This document shows positions 34,801-46,522 of a DNA stretch of 64,000 bases, piece by piece (the stretch's first letter is position 1; every line of letters begins with the position of its first letter). The notes under the pieces are model-generated. The model searched no databases, had not been told where the DNA came from, and was given only the letters and a program-made list of their open reading frames with translations. Source of the DNA: Amoebophrya sp. A120 (Eukaryota; Protista; Dinoflagellata); assembly GCA_905178155.1 (NCBI GenBank), contig CAJINV010000017.1:175639-239638 (forward strand), written 5' to 3'. Made by a program: the position numbers and the translations under genes.

Positions 34801-37800
34801 TTTTCATTTTGATTAATCATGCTGGCACAGCAGGGGCTGTTGTACGTCTTCAAGGAGAAACACCAGCGGCTTGATGACTATGAAACCATTGGAAAAGAAG
34901 AAAAAAGGAGCGTGAGCCTCGTCCTCAGTGGCGTCTTTCTGACTATGGCCTACAATCAAGGCTCCCGTGGTTTCATCGCGGCGCAATATCAGCAGAATTG
35001 TTTCAAAGGGGGGAATATGAACTGCAAATATGTCTGGGTCTGGGAGAAGATTGCGAGGTTTGTCATGCTTGTCTGGCACGACTCTGGACTCTGTGTTGCG
35101 TGGCCGCAAAGAGCTCCTCTTGCCGTGCATGCAAAGACGCAGTTTCTCATGCGGAGTACGCAATTCAAAACTACGAAAAAACGTGCCATGCTTGGCGGCG
35201 CATTACAGTGTTCTCCGCTGTCCCTTCCTTGCATCACAAGTTCCCAGACCCAGACATATTTGCAATGCATAGGGAAGTTCAACCAGAGCAAACTGACGTC
35301 ACGAAAAGATCCCAAAACCGGGATGGAAATCTACGAGCTTGAGCAAGCGGAAGACAAGAAAGATTCCCAGCGCGGGGTCTCGTACTCGGTGTTCAAGGAG
35401 TGCTATATCATGGCCCAGGCATCCAAGGTTTATTTCATTGCCCCAACCGGAAACCCGAGGAAGAAGATCAAGACACTCTTCCACGCCACGCGTGACAACG
35501 TGCACAGTTCCTATCAGAGCGTGATAAAGAACATTGGCGCCTTGTCGAGCAACCCGGTCGAGCCGACAAGTGAAGACGTCGACGAAGTGTTCCGGGGAGT
35601 GCGTGAGACGCTCGACTGGCAGGTTCTGGCATGGCTAGGTCTGAGAGTGTCCAAGGCAAATAGCCTGCGGCTGCGGGAGCACCCTGTGGACTGGTCTGAG
35701 CCCATCATGCAGAAATACCAGCCGGGCCTAAAACAAACCTATGGCGACGATGAAGGCGACTTGAAGACGTTTCTAAAAAAGAAGCGGGAAGACGAGACGC
35801 AAGGCACCTTTGCATTGAACGTCGGCTGGTTTACGACGTACGATCTTCTGAACCGCCTTGATAAGATCAGCGATGCTATCCTATTCAAAAACGTCCGCGT
35901 CCGGAGTTGCTTCTTGTGCAGGAGAGTTGCATTTTCAGATTCAGAAACGCAAACGGTTGCCGCTCAATTCCTCTTGAAGAGAGGCCGTCATGCTCATCGT
36001 GACGACGTACCTGTAGTTCTTCGGAATTTCTTCATGCTGTATTTGCAGCATGATGGTAAGTACGCATTTGACTTTATGATGCGCATGCGACTGTGCTCGC
36101 AAGTAGCGCTTCCACTCCATCACAAAAACAAAGATCAAGATGGGAAAGTGCGTAACTCGCAAATAAGTAGAAAGAAACATCACGATGAGTACGTAATCAA
36201 ATCTTAACAGTGGCTGAAGAAGTTCCATCTTCTTGTTAACTTATGGGCGGGCACGTTTTTCCACAGGAGAAAGATCGTGAAGCGCAAGGCAACCTCCAAC
36301 GCAGGCGCGGTATGAGGGTGCACATCTTTATTCCCTTCTTGCCCTCGTTTGTAAATGCAGAATACAAAATATACACTGGGCCCGGCCTTGAGTTACGACA
36401 AATTTTGCAACGTCAAATAATAATTACTACAATGCGAATGCGCACGAAGAGGCAGCTGTGTCATGAGAAATGGCGTTGCAGCTGTTCACGCGCTTACAAA
36501 CAGGGGAGGAGGGGGAGTTGTGCACCCTCATACTCGGTCGAACTGCAACACAAGAAGAAAAACGATGACCAGGAACGGCGCACCGCTACGACTTGCAAAT
36601 ATGTCTGGGTCTGGAAGATTGCGCGGCTCGCCGTGCAGTCTCCATTCTTCCCCTATGACGACGTCTGGAAAAATGCAGCACGTAGCGTTTGAGATTCTGG
36701 AGGGTCCTCCACCTCCTGATCTATATTATTCGTAAGAACCCGGCTCTCCAGTTGACCAAAGCAAACGCGTTTTTTCAGTAGTCATGCAACAAGAGAGATT
36801 CATCTCTGACCCACGGGACGCTTTACGAGTTTGCAGTGTTTTAGAACCAGACATGTTTGCAGTGCATAAGCAAAAATGCCGTCCGACTGATCAAGCAGTG
36901 CCCCGGGGGGTTTTCGACCGACGTGCAGCGCGGGGGAGCCCCGTTGGAGGGGCGCGACGCGGAATTGGCAAGAAAAGCTCTCGGCTTGCTTGCAGTCCCC
37001 GTCGCCAACGAGCAGCAGCAAGAAGATAAGCCTGAGCCTGTGACTGTGTACTGCATTCGCTTTGACAACCCTGCGTTCCAGAAGGAGCAATTCTTGCTGC
37101 TGGGTCACGAAAGTGTGCCCTTTCTCCAGGCAAAGGCTCCTGAGAATCGCTTGGGCTTGGGAGACGTAGCACTCTTCTATCGAAATGAAGAACGTACTAA
37201 AGCCCCGCCCTTGCGAAGAACATTTCTATTTCAAGGGGTTTTTGTCATGTGTTGTGAGATTACCAACTTCGGGGTCTTTTATGGAAGCCAGGCCCTAGCG
37301 GAATCTGGGCCCTGGGTCGCCGAGAGGCGAAATCTGTTTGTGGAGTTGATCGACCCCCCTTAGATGGTGCCTTTCTGGGTATTGTATATGGACAGGCCCT
37401 GCGAAATAGAGCAAGAAGGAACAGCACCCGGGCAACAAGTCCCAGCGGCCCCTTCTGATGTAGAAGCGAAGCTTCCCTCTGTGGCCATCGGTGTTCGGGT
37501 GTGCCAGTTCCTTCTGGCCCGTTATTGCCCAAGCAACTGCAAAAAACAGAAACAACACGACCTCGCAAGCCTTGAACCGTCGAGGGCACGTGGCTCGATG
37601 GTGGTTGTACACTGTTCCTTCCAGCATTTCGCTGCTGCTCCCTCGCTAGAAATAGAACCCACTGTGGTCCCCGAGTGTCCGCGCGACCGTGTTGGCCACC
37701 GCCTCCGCAAGATTCCCGGCACACCATCCACAGCACCGACTCCTGTGGGGTTTGTATTCTGCGGCCAGGTGGGCATCGCCAACGATGATGATCAATATCA

Positions 37801-37918
37801 AAAATATGAAGATATTTATGATCTATCATCATCGCATGAAGATACATTCTCCTGTCTGTGGAAGACAAGGTGTGAAAATGAAGTAGTAGAGGAAAACGTT
37901 GAAGATGAAATAAAGTGA
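31821..37918 (+). CDS. Unknown family X protein, copy 1; multi-exon with at least 8 TIR introns; ends uncertain
   Basis: ORFs 31821, 32452, 33034, 33768, 34819, 36243 (part) and 36857 join in frame on removing the elements. Homologous to 49405-52519 (CPNTVTIL/CPNAVSLL, VYVWAGP/VYVWGGP, FIAPTGNP, LDWQVLAWLGLR/LDWQMLGWLGLR, LIKQCPGGF/LIQKCPGGF). The last exon (37364-37918) is tentative. Confidence 0.7.
32193..32410. mobile_element. Degenerate TIR introner
   Basis: Ends taccgc..aaaatcttgagt and actcaagatttt..gcggta. Direct repeat decayed. Removing 223 nt joins ORFs 31821 and 32452 in frame. Confidence 0.65.
32787..33117. mobile_element. Degenerate TIR introner
   Basis: Ends taccaaagtgcgcaa and ttgcgcactttcata. 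Removing 336 nt joins ORFs 32452 and 33034, which are contiguous in the paralog. Confidence 0.7.
33663..33941. mobile_element. TIR introner, family E (perfect 32-bp TIR, probably young)
   Basis: tatcctgagtaaaaacgtacccacaccagagt and its exact reverse complement. Direct repeat AACCA at 33658-33662 and 33942-33946. Removal gives IDNHKSLDLLST, matching paralog IEQHRSLDLLST. Confidence 0.95.
34000..34814. other. Long (~0.8 kb) intron in family X copy 1, possibly a decayed or nested introner
   Basis: Required by paralog collinearity (QENIVEV..LAQQGL vs QEATLEMMLAQQGL). Removing 820 nt restores the frame. TIR and direct repeat are weak. Confidence 0.6.
35016..35271. mobile_element. TIR introner, family A (in-frame, stop-free)
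   Basis: Ends tatgaactgcaaatatgtctgggtctggga and tcccagacccagacatatttgcaatgcata. Direct repeat GGGAA at 35011-35015 and 35272-35276. Length 261 nt with one repeat copy. Absent from the paralog. Confidence 0.93.
35877..36270. mobile_element. Degenerate TIR introner, family E
   Basis: Ends tatcctattcaaaaacgt and acgtttttccacaggaga. Removing 399 nt keeps the frame. Direct repeat decayed. Confidence 0.6.
36311..36532. mobile_element. TIR introner, family B
   Basis: Ends tatgagggtgcaca and tgtgcaccctcata (14 bp perfect). Direct repeat CGCGG/CTCGG. Confidence 0.88.
36587..36868. mobile_element. TIR introner, family A
   Basis: Ends tacgacttgcaaatatgtctgg and ccagacatgtttgcagtgcata. Removing 287 nt gives ERRTANAVRLIKQCPGG, matching paralog SIKENALKLIQKCPGG. 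Direct repeat decayed. Confidence 0.8.
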
Positions 37919-40900
37919 TGAAGCCATATTTATAGTAACTACTAGCGCAAGTAGAAAATCGATTCTTTTTGTTCTAAACGACTCGGGGGGTGGGGCAATT
38001 TCGCACATGATAGGAGCCACGTCAGTAACGCGAACAAAGCAGCTGACAAGAGTGTTAGTGCCGGCTGTTGTTGAAGAATCGCCAGTTTTTGTTGAATTTG
38101 CTTTAAATCGGACCACGAAGTGTCTAGTGGGAAATCGACAAAATGATAATTTGTCATGAATCTTCCACCTTAAAGTTAAAATGACATAGAAAACCAGCAT
38201 GCCCAGGAATTGGCTCGCTTGATGGCCTCAGCTTATTTGTTGTATAGGGCGCTCGCGTATTGCAATAAAGAAAAATAAACTGTAATTTATTTCGAGACGG
38301 CGCTTCTACTGATGTATGATCTACTCTGCTGTAGTTGCGGGCAAAGGCGATTGCTCCAGGCATGCACTCCAGAAATTCAATTTTTGTTGAGGCTAGGTAC
38401 CGAGGCTGACTGTCAGACAAGCGGGCTCAGCTGCCTGTATTTATATCTGTACAACCTACAACGAAAACTCACACTTTTAACTTTTCAATCAAGCTTTTCT
38501 TACGAAACTACTAATTCTAAAAACCTAAAAATTCTAACATAAGAACGAACCTCCTTTTGTCCATTTACGACCATCACCATTCACCAAACCAATATAATTC
38601 TTAAGCAGAAAACGCACAAGCAACTTTTTTGATGATCTGAAACAAGTAACAAGCCGCAACCCTGGGCGAAACACCAGCGTCTTTGTATACTTTTTTTTTG
38701 ATCTAACATACTTAACTACTCCCGTACATGTGGTATCCCGATAAATGAAATGATTTCACCCCAGTCAAAAATTTTGAGATAAAGGAAAAGCACCCAGCAG
38801 GAAGTTTAATAACTTTGATCAAGCTAAAAGTGGTCTTATATACATTTTTTTTCTGCATCATGCACTTAAAAGAACAAGCGTCTCCTGAAATAAGATTTGT
38901 TACAGTGTCTTTCTATGCACCCAAATATCAAAATCAAAAAGCAAAACAATGCAGATCCAAAACAAAAGCAAATGCTATGTGCAAGTCTAGATGTTATCTG
39001 GATTTGGATAGATAGTATACATGCAAAAATTACAATCTTTATGGGAATGTTAAAGCACAAAAGGCACTTCAATAGTACCCATTCCATCATGTAGAGATCA
39101 AGTATTTTCGTTTTTCGTTTTCATATCTACTAGACAACACGTTGGTTGGATGCTGTGAGCGACTCGGACTCGTCTGTTCGATGAAGCAGTGCGTGTTCTG
39201 TTCGAAGTGTTGGCACAGATAAACTGAAAGTCGGAGTTGTGGTGCGTCATTCATGGCTGGAATTGACCAGGGGCATCAATCCCAAACCTCGAGCATTTTT
39301 TTCAATTTCATCGGTTTCTCGTAACAAAGGCACCAGGTCGCCCATCATCTTTGATGTGCCCTGCGCCAGAGGAGTCGGTTCGGAGGTCTCTTGCTGCCGT
39401 TGCGTCAAAAAGTTGTCGGTAAACGAGGGAGCTTCACTTTTCGTTTTCGTTTTGGTCTCATTTCGGTCCTCTCGTTCCTCGTGCGGACAGGAGGCTTAGC
39501 GTACGTGCTTTCGGTTTCATCCGTACAACTCGTGCATGTAGCAGTTAACGCTCGTCGAGAACAAAAACGTCTTCGTCCATACTGTTGAATAACGCCTCGT
39601 CTAGATGAACAAGCATGCCGCCACAGGCGCAGGCACAGATTTGACGCGCTCTCGCCGTCTTGGAACGAGGGCAGTACGTGGTCGGTCGTAGTTGTATTTT
39701 TCCTAGCTGCTCGCCTCGTCCTGTATGAAGAGCATCTTTTGAATGGAAAAAAACATCGTGCTTCTTGTGCTTCAATATTACTTAATTTGAGGATAAAAGT
39801 TGTTGCTTTGCTTGCGTGGTCGTAAAGATAAAGCATTTTCACTATTCATCACAGGAGCGGCTGTGGTTGTGAGTTCGTCTCACCACCGATAGTTTTCTTC
39901 CAACTCTTTTCCCCTTTTTTCGCTACATTAAAGACTTGCATTTCCCCATGACAAGAAAGACGATTCGGCCCCCCGTTTCGTCGCAAAATTAAGAATACCA
40001 CGGAAGAATTTACTTATTTGATTCGATTACTATGTATGTTCAAAAAAACGCGAAGAGTTGCATATGTGTTTGTGAACAAGAACTGTGTTGATTGTCGAGA
40101 TTTAGTTCCTAATGCTGCACTAGATGTAGTGATTGCCTAACGCCAAGGGACCTCGTCCAACGTCGTTACTTTTCACGACCACGGGTACTAAGGATATCCT
40201 CCTTATATTTTTGCAACGTATAATTTGAAGAGCTGTATTGTTTTTAATTTTCTGTATTCCCCCCCGAAAATCAAAATTTTCAAAAAAAAAAGCAACCCCA
40301 TACATACACATGTAAACGACGCACGACAAAGGCTCCCCGTCGAAGTCGTTGTCGAATTGAAAAGTTTTGTCCCTATTTTTTACGACGAAATTCATCACAT
40401 GAGATAAAGATGAAATTGAAGCAGAAGAAAATCATCAAAACCCCCCGGGAGCAACGAGCGCAAGCCACGAGGAGGCGAACAGCTGCGAAGGCTCGACGCG
40501 TGGAAAAAACGCAAGAAGAAGAAAAAGACGAAGCAGAGGAAAAAGTCGCCACCTGTGATGGGCGAGCGAAAACGGACATAAAGGAGCATGGCTCCACCGC
40601 AAGCCTGAATCTGTACAAGTACTACGCAAGTGCGAGAACAGAAACGCTGAAGCACGTCCACAATACACAATTACCACCAGCTCCTCCTCGGGGGATGGCC
40701 GCCCTGATCAAGAGCACGCGGCACCAGAAGCTCTACTTTGCGACGCAGCTGGCCTTCCTTTTCCTGCCACTGGCCGTGCTCGGGAGCGCCCCCGCCCTCT
40801 TGCTCTTCGACCAGACCGAGCCCGCGCCTGCACCGGTAAGCTTTTAAGAGGGCATCGGACATCACTGTAGTGTGGCCCAACGAGAGTGAGAGACAATTGA

Positions 40901-42110
40901 GGTTGCTCATTTTGGTCATCATGCTGCCCGCTAAGGTTTATCAAAGTAAACAAAGAACATGAGCAGGAAGCATGACCAAACAATCCATGCCGTAGGCAGT
41001 AACTGTAGCTAGGCTTCTTCCTTCTTTCTTATCAACAAATTATGCTCTGTGCTGCTAGCGCACCCCGAAGATCATCGCAAGCAGTTGACTTCAAATGAAA
41101 ATTTTCTGTGTGTGACGTAGCTAATCCAGCCAGAAAGAATAAATTAAGTAGCTCTACTTCTTATCTTTGCGATGCATAACAGGCGCCAGCAGCTATCAGA
41201 TGCAAAAAAACCAATACGCAGGCGTGCCGTTCTAGTTGCAATACTTCAATCAATTTTCTGTGCGCGTTTGTCACTTTAGACAAAAAATAGGACGACGAAA
41301 GTGCTGCAGCGACACAGTTCAACATGGAGCCCAGCATCGTGCCAGTTTTTGCTTCTTCCCGCAAAGAGGATGCTTTCGCACGTGCTGCCGAGACGAGCTC
41401 GCGTTTCGTTTGCATGGTCAAAGAATATACTCGTGCGTATCTCCACATGTGCGATTGGTTTTTTTCGTCTCATATCACATTGCAACTCCGATGGTGGCGG
41501 GCCGGAAGGATGTACTAAGGCTGCGGCTGGTGCAAAGATTAAGATTATCCCAGAAACAGACCAGAACTACATCGACTTCTGAGAAGATAAATACCATATC
41601 GAACAACTACAAAGTACTTCTGACAGTACTAAAGCAAAGATACAGAAATCGGCACCGGTGGCAATAAAAAAGAAATTTATGCAATACAACAAGACTTTGA
41701 GTTAGACTAGAACTAGACTAGAACCAGATCTAGACCTCGTCGGAAAAGCTGCAATACTAGCACATCAAGGAGTTCGATATTACTTGGTCTTCGTGAAGAG
41801 AAAGAGTATGGTATTAATTCTACTCTAGCGATGTTGAACTACTTTTCCTTGTGACACAACGCAGCGAGGACAAGGATGAAGCTGTGGAGCAGCTGCCATA
41901 TCACAAAAAAGCATGGGGGGAGGGTGATTGAATTTCTTGAAAAAACTCGTTCTCGCAGCTCTACAGAGAACGAAGCAGTAAGTATGATTCTGTTTTTTTC
42001 TGTGGCGTCGTGCAACAGCGCAATGTCCGTTCTCTTTTCGAAAAGACGAGAGCGAAGGTCTATCAAGTACACGGTTGATGATGAGCAGGCCAGTGCTGAA
42101 ATTGAAGATA

Positions 42111-43219
42111 TCCCTTGATGATTTTTGCCTCCTTCTCGTAGAGCTTGTTTTGGCGAGGTATTCACCGATGGGTTATTTGAAACGTATTTCCGACAGACTG
42201 CAATTTTTTTTCGGCGAAAAAAAAAAATCGCTAGGCTGAAGAGCCCTGATTGCCTTGGCGCTGGCAATCGGCGTTGTGGCGTTTAAGAGCCGTCGTCGCC
42301 TGAGCTTTAAAGCCACTAGCTGTTGACGGACATTGGCCCCCATCGCACTGCTCAATGTTTTTCCGGGTTGGCCTGTTGCGCCCGGCCGGGTCGGGCGGGT
42401 CAGGACCTGCTTGGCTTGCCGCGCAATATCGCGCGCAGAGCGCAGCGTTTCCAGGCGTCTTCGTGGCCCCCGTCCTGTGACAGTGCGGCCGCATTGAATT
42501 CGGCCTGGCGCACCAGTCACACCGGCGCCAGACGGTCCCGGCCAAGAAGACGCCGCGGCGCGGTGAAGCGCTCTGCGAAAACTTTTTTGCTATAAAACGG
42601 CGGCACGGCAGATGTGGCCGCCTCCTTGCGCGGCCCCCCCCCTGGCTTCGCGATGGCTTTGGTGGTTGGCCGGCTTCGGGCCTCTCCCAAGCAAAGGCTG
42701 GGGTCTCGCATTGGCAGCGCTGCTTGAGGAGCAACACGCCACCCGCGGGCCATAAAAGAAGAGCAGGCTTCGGCGGCTGGGCATGTTTGTGGGCCACCGC
42801 CGTGCCCCGCCGCCTGGGCCCGGTTGCGGCGTTCCTTTTCCGGGCTCTCCGCGCGGAAGGGGGGGCAGACAGTTGCCTAAGAAAAATGCCCCGCGGGCGG
42901 CGGGGCGGGCGTGCAGGGAGACGTGCCGGCGGCGGGCCGCGTTGCCTCTTCGCCGGGCGCGTGTGCATGTTTCTGAACTTCCCCCGCACCGGCCGGGCTT
43001 CTTGCAAAAGGGCCCCCGTTTGTAATGCGCAAACCGGCCGAACAAAGCCGGCGCGCAGCGGATGGCCCAGCGCTTCCTGTACCATGCCGCTGCCCCGACG
43101 CTCCGCTGGAGCATCCTGGCAAGAAGCCTCGAACGACACGGAGCAGGGGCACGCGCAGCCGGGCAGCGGCCACACAGGTCCCTTGATGATTTTTGCCTCC
43201 TTCTCGTAGAGCTTGTTTT
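42111..43219. repeat. Perfect 41-bp direct repeat bracketing a ~1.03-kb GC-rich segment
   Basis: tcccttgatgatttttgcctccttctcgtagagcttgtttt at 42111-42151 and 43179-43219. Confidence 0.9.
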
Positions 43220-43385
43220 CGGAGTTCTTTTACAAGACCACACTGTCACCGCCGGGCGAAAAAAATGAAAATCTGACGTGGAAATAAATGATGAAGATGC
43301 ATGCGATAGACAGACTCGCACTTCTATTAAAGAGCGACCACAAAAACTAGAAGCTGCTTGCGGCGGGCGCCCCCACATCACTTCA

Positions 43386-44808
43386 AAGAAATCAAATCAC
43401 TCTGCTCTTTCTCCCGTCGATACGCGAACAACCCCTGCTCCAGCGAAGCTGGAGCAGGGGAGGAGGTGGGCCGGGTTGGGTTGGGGAGCGAGGAGGTGGG
43501 AGGACGGCGGTTGGGGAGGAGGCGAACACGCCTCTGGCACTCCGGGCCGGGTTGGGGAGGAGGTGGGAGGACGGCGGGCCAAGCCGCTCCGAGAACGCGT
43601 TCTCGAGCCGATTTGGTCGGGGGGCGCAGGCGTTCTCGAGCCGATTTGGTCGCTCGCGGATGGGCCAGAGGTCGGAGCGGCCGAAGTCGGCCCGGAGTGG
43701 CGGTTTGGTCGGGAAGCGATGGGGCCCGGCACGCCGGGCCGGGTTGGGGACGAGGCGGGAGGGCGGCGGGCCAGGTCGGATGGGCGGCTGGCTCTGGCAC
43801 TTCGGGCCGGGTTGGAGAGGGCGACCAAATCGGCGTGAGGTCGCGTTCTCGAGCCGGTTTGGTGGGGTTGCTGACCAAATCGTCTCGAGATCGCGGTCTC
43901 GCGCCGATTTGGTCGCCCGCGGGTGGACGCCCCAGGACGGGTTGGGGAGGGCGACCAAATCGGCGCGAGACCGCGACTTGGTGAGGCTGCTGACCAAATC
44001 GTCTCGAGATCGCGGTCTCGAGCCGATTTGGTCCACCTTTGGTGAGGCTGCTGACCAAATCGGCCCGAGCCCGCGTTCCCGGGCCTTTTTTTAGTGCGAT
44101 ATCGTTGCCCTCGTTCAGTTTGAGAAATCGCCGGAAGTCACACTGAGTTCGGTTTTGCTAACATCAAATACAAGCACCATACCAACAACTTACGCGCCCA
44201 AGGAATTAACAGCTGCTCAAGCTGTAACCAAAGAAATCAAATCGCTCTGCTCTTTCGCCCGTCGATACGCGAACAACCCCTGCTCCAGCGAAGTGTGGCC
44301 GACCTCTCCCGGTTGGGTGGGCTTCCTCGGTGGGGTGTTCTTTGGTTCAGGAAATGGCTAACGCAACTCCCCCGGGTGGCCCGGCCCACAAGCGAGCCGG
44401 CGGGCGGGGGCCCCGTGGCCCCTCTGGTATGTTGCCCTCCAGCACGAGCCTGCGTGCCTGGGTGGTTTGCCTTCTCTTGTAAGATGTAGGGCGATGTCCT
44501 GTGGGTGGTTTGCCTGGGTGAAAAGGCGGTCGCTCGGACTTCGCCGATTACCCGCGGCACAAGAGGAGGCGTCGGCGCCCAAAACCTCGCAGGCGCCCCT
44601 GTTCTGTCGTTTGGAGTATCTTCGTTGCGTTTTTTCGTTCTGAGTCGCATTACCAAATCGTTTTCAATACCCTCAAATCCTGAAAAGTCAAATGAAAAGT
44701 TTTGGAAAAGTTCGAATCGCCCGCCAATTGGTGCTGTACTTTTGCAAGAAATCAAATCACTCTGCTCTTTCTCCCGTCGATACGCGAACAACCCCTGCTC
44801 CAGCGAAG
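43386..44808. repeat. Three 63-bp direct repeats separated by unrelated 782-bp and 452-bp spacers
   Basis: aagaaatcaaatcactctgctctttctcccgtcgatacgcgaacaacccctgctccagcgaag at 43386-43448 and 44746-44808 (identical) and 44231-44293 (2 mismatches). Confidence 0.92.
43590..44070. repeat. GC-rich patchwork of inverted and direct motifs (ctcgagccgatttggtc / gaccaaatcg)
   Basis: The motif recurs about 10 times in both orientations and forms hairpins such as gaccaaatcg-N22-cgatttggtc near 43873 and 43993. Confidence 0.8.
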
Positions 44809-45225
44809 CGAAACCTCCGTGGCCGCGCCGGAAAGCCACGCAGTACCAGCAACGAAGAAAAGGCCCCGAACGCAGCGTGGGCGTTTCTCCAGAAATACGC
44901 AGGACAATCATGTCAGTCTGGGTCGGGTCCTGTTGGATGTTGAAGGTTGTCAAGATAGTAATATTTTGTGAATCTACTTCGTCTGAACTCTGAAGAAAAT
45001 ACCATCGATCCAGCTGATGAAGTGAAGAAGAAGATAAACAAACGCTCCGACCAAGACATGTTCTTGAGTTGTTGTAGTAGATACTCATGCTCATCTCTCT
45101 ACTACTTGCATAAATTGGTAGGTGCTGCGCATCACAAGCCGCGTTCTCGCGTGACCACATAAATCATCAAGCACGTCTAGCGACGTCCCGCACCAAGGTG
45201 GGGCGTCAGCACAGTTTTCAGTGGT

Positions 45226-46522
45226 ATGATCGTCTTGAGCCAAACTACGTGTCTCTCAGTTGCAACCATGTCCCACAGGAGCACCCAGGAGACATACATT
45301 TTTGTCCGTGATAAGAGAGTCGCGCACGCTTTTGGGAGCGTGTTTCCGTTTCGGGACGCCACCAACAATTTTTTCGTGGAGGAGACGGACCTGCGTCGCA
45401 CGAAGGAGGAAGTGTCGAAGCAGCTTATGCATGGCAAATATGTCTCGGTCTGAAAGAATGCACTTTTTCCACCTGCAAGAACAAATAGCTGCAGCTATGG
45501 TTTATGGATAATTTTTGTACGAGTTACAATGCAATGCTCCAGACCCACACGACCTATTTGCAATGCATACGGCTTGAAGGCGAGAAAACGAAATCTTCGG
45601 AAGAACCCCCGCAAAAATTGCTGCCGATGAGCGGGGCTATCAGTAAACGAGCGCCCCCCGGCGTGGTAGAGATATCCTGAATAAAAAAGTCCGGATCATC
45701 TTCCCCGACTTGTCATGCGAATTTACATGCTCACGCGACTCAGCCAGGATGTTTGTCACGCGCCTCTCACTGTCAAGCATGCACCTCTTCGACATGAGAG
45801 CTAATTCATCTTGTTACTGTTCCTGTTTGAAAATCTGTCAAGTGTTGACCAGGAGCAAAAGAGAATGGGTCTGTAAAAAAAAATGCAATCGGACGAGCCA
45901 GGCACGTCTGCATTGCACCGCCAGGCGTGTCATGCATGAGATTCAGAAGTTCCTCTGGGTGCGTCTTGCGGATGAGTGCGTTTTTTTTACTCAGGATAGA
46001 ACAACTACAACGAAAAGCTTCAGTTTCTCGAAAAAGAGCCTCTCGCCAACAATCTTCGGGAGTTATCGAACTACACACCTCGTCCCCCTGCCCTGATTTG
46101 TCGCGCAAGGTACCAAATCCACTCTTTGTCTTTTAGCACTGCTCGCATGAAGTTGAAGTGGTGCAGGCGGGCATGCATGAGAAATTCCAACTAGTGCTGC
46201 CCTAAACGGTACTACAACATTCTACCAAGTGTGGACTTTCCATATGGAACTAGCAGTGTTGCTGTGAATGCCATGCATGTGAGCGGGGAGATGAACTTGT
46301 GCACTCTCATATTTTTTTCTCGACGTGCAGAAAAACGAAACACTGGGATTTCTGGACGAGAGCAACGACCCACGGCTGCCGTATGTGACCCCTCCTGCTA
46401 CGCTGTACGTGACAACTCCTCCTCCCTTCGCGATGCTGCAGCAAATGCAAAGAACGACGACTGGCTTGGCACTCCGAGCGGACCAAGATATGTGGGCGCT
46501 GCATGGGAATGCTTCAAAATGA
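45226..46522 (+). CDS. Hypothetical protein split by three TIR introns (possibly degenerate)
   Basis: Removing 45426-45574, 45673-46003 and 46064-46316 gives one continuous frame (EEVSKQLEGEK...GVVENYNEKL...LREFLDVQKNETLG). Ends uncertain. Confidence 0.5.
45426..45569. mobile_element. TIR introner, family A (short)
   Basis: Ends tatgcatggcaaata and tatttgcaatgcata. Direct repeat CAGCT/CGGCT. Confidence 0.85.
45673..45998. mobile_element. TIR introner, family E
   Basis: Ends tatcctgaataaaaaa and ttttttactcaggata. Direct repeat decayed. Confidence 0.75.
46064..46311. mobile_element. Degenerate TIR introner, family B
   Basis: Right end ttgtgcactctcata is typical of family B. Left end tatcgaactacacacctcgtcccc is diverged. 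Frame restored. Confidence 0.6.

Noticed and set aside
37227-37366. Possible further decayed introner in family X copy 1
   Set aside because: Only a weak aagggg/cccctt inverted match with no direct repeat, so boundaries could not be fixed.
40410-40847. 145-aa + strand ORF with a hydrophobic C-terminus
   Set aside because: It may be a real exon, but there is no domain, paralog or splice evidence.
42231-44094. Many long overlapping ORFs on both strands
   Set aside because: These arise from high GC and repeats; translations are Arg/Pro/Gly-rich with no domain.
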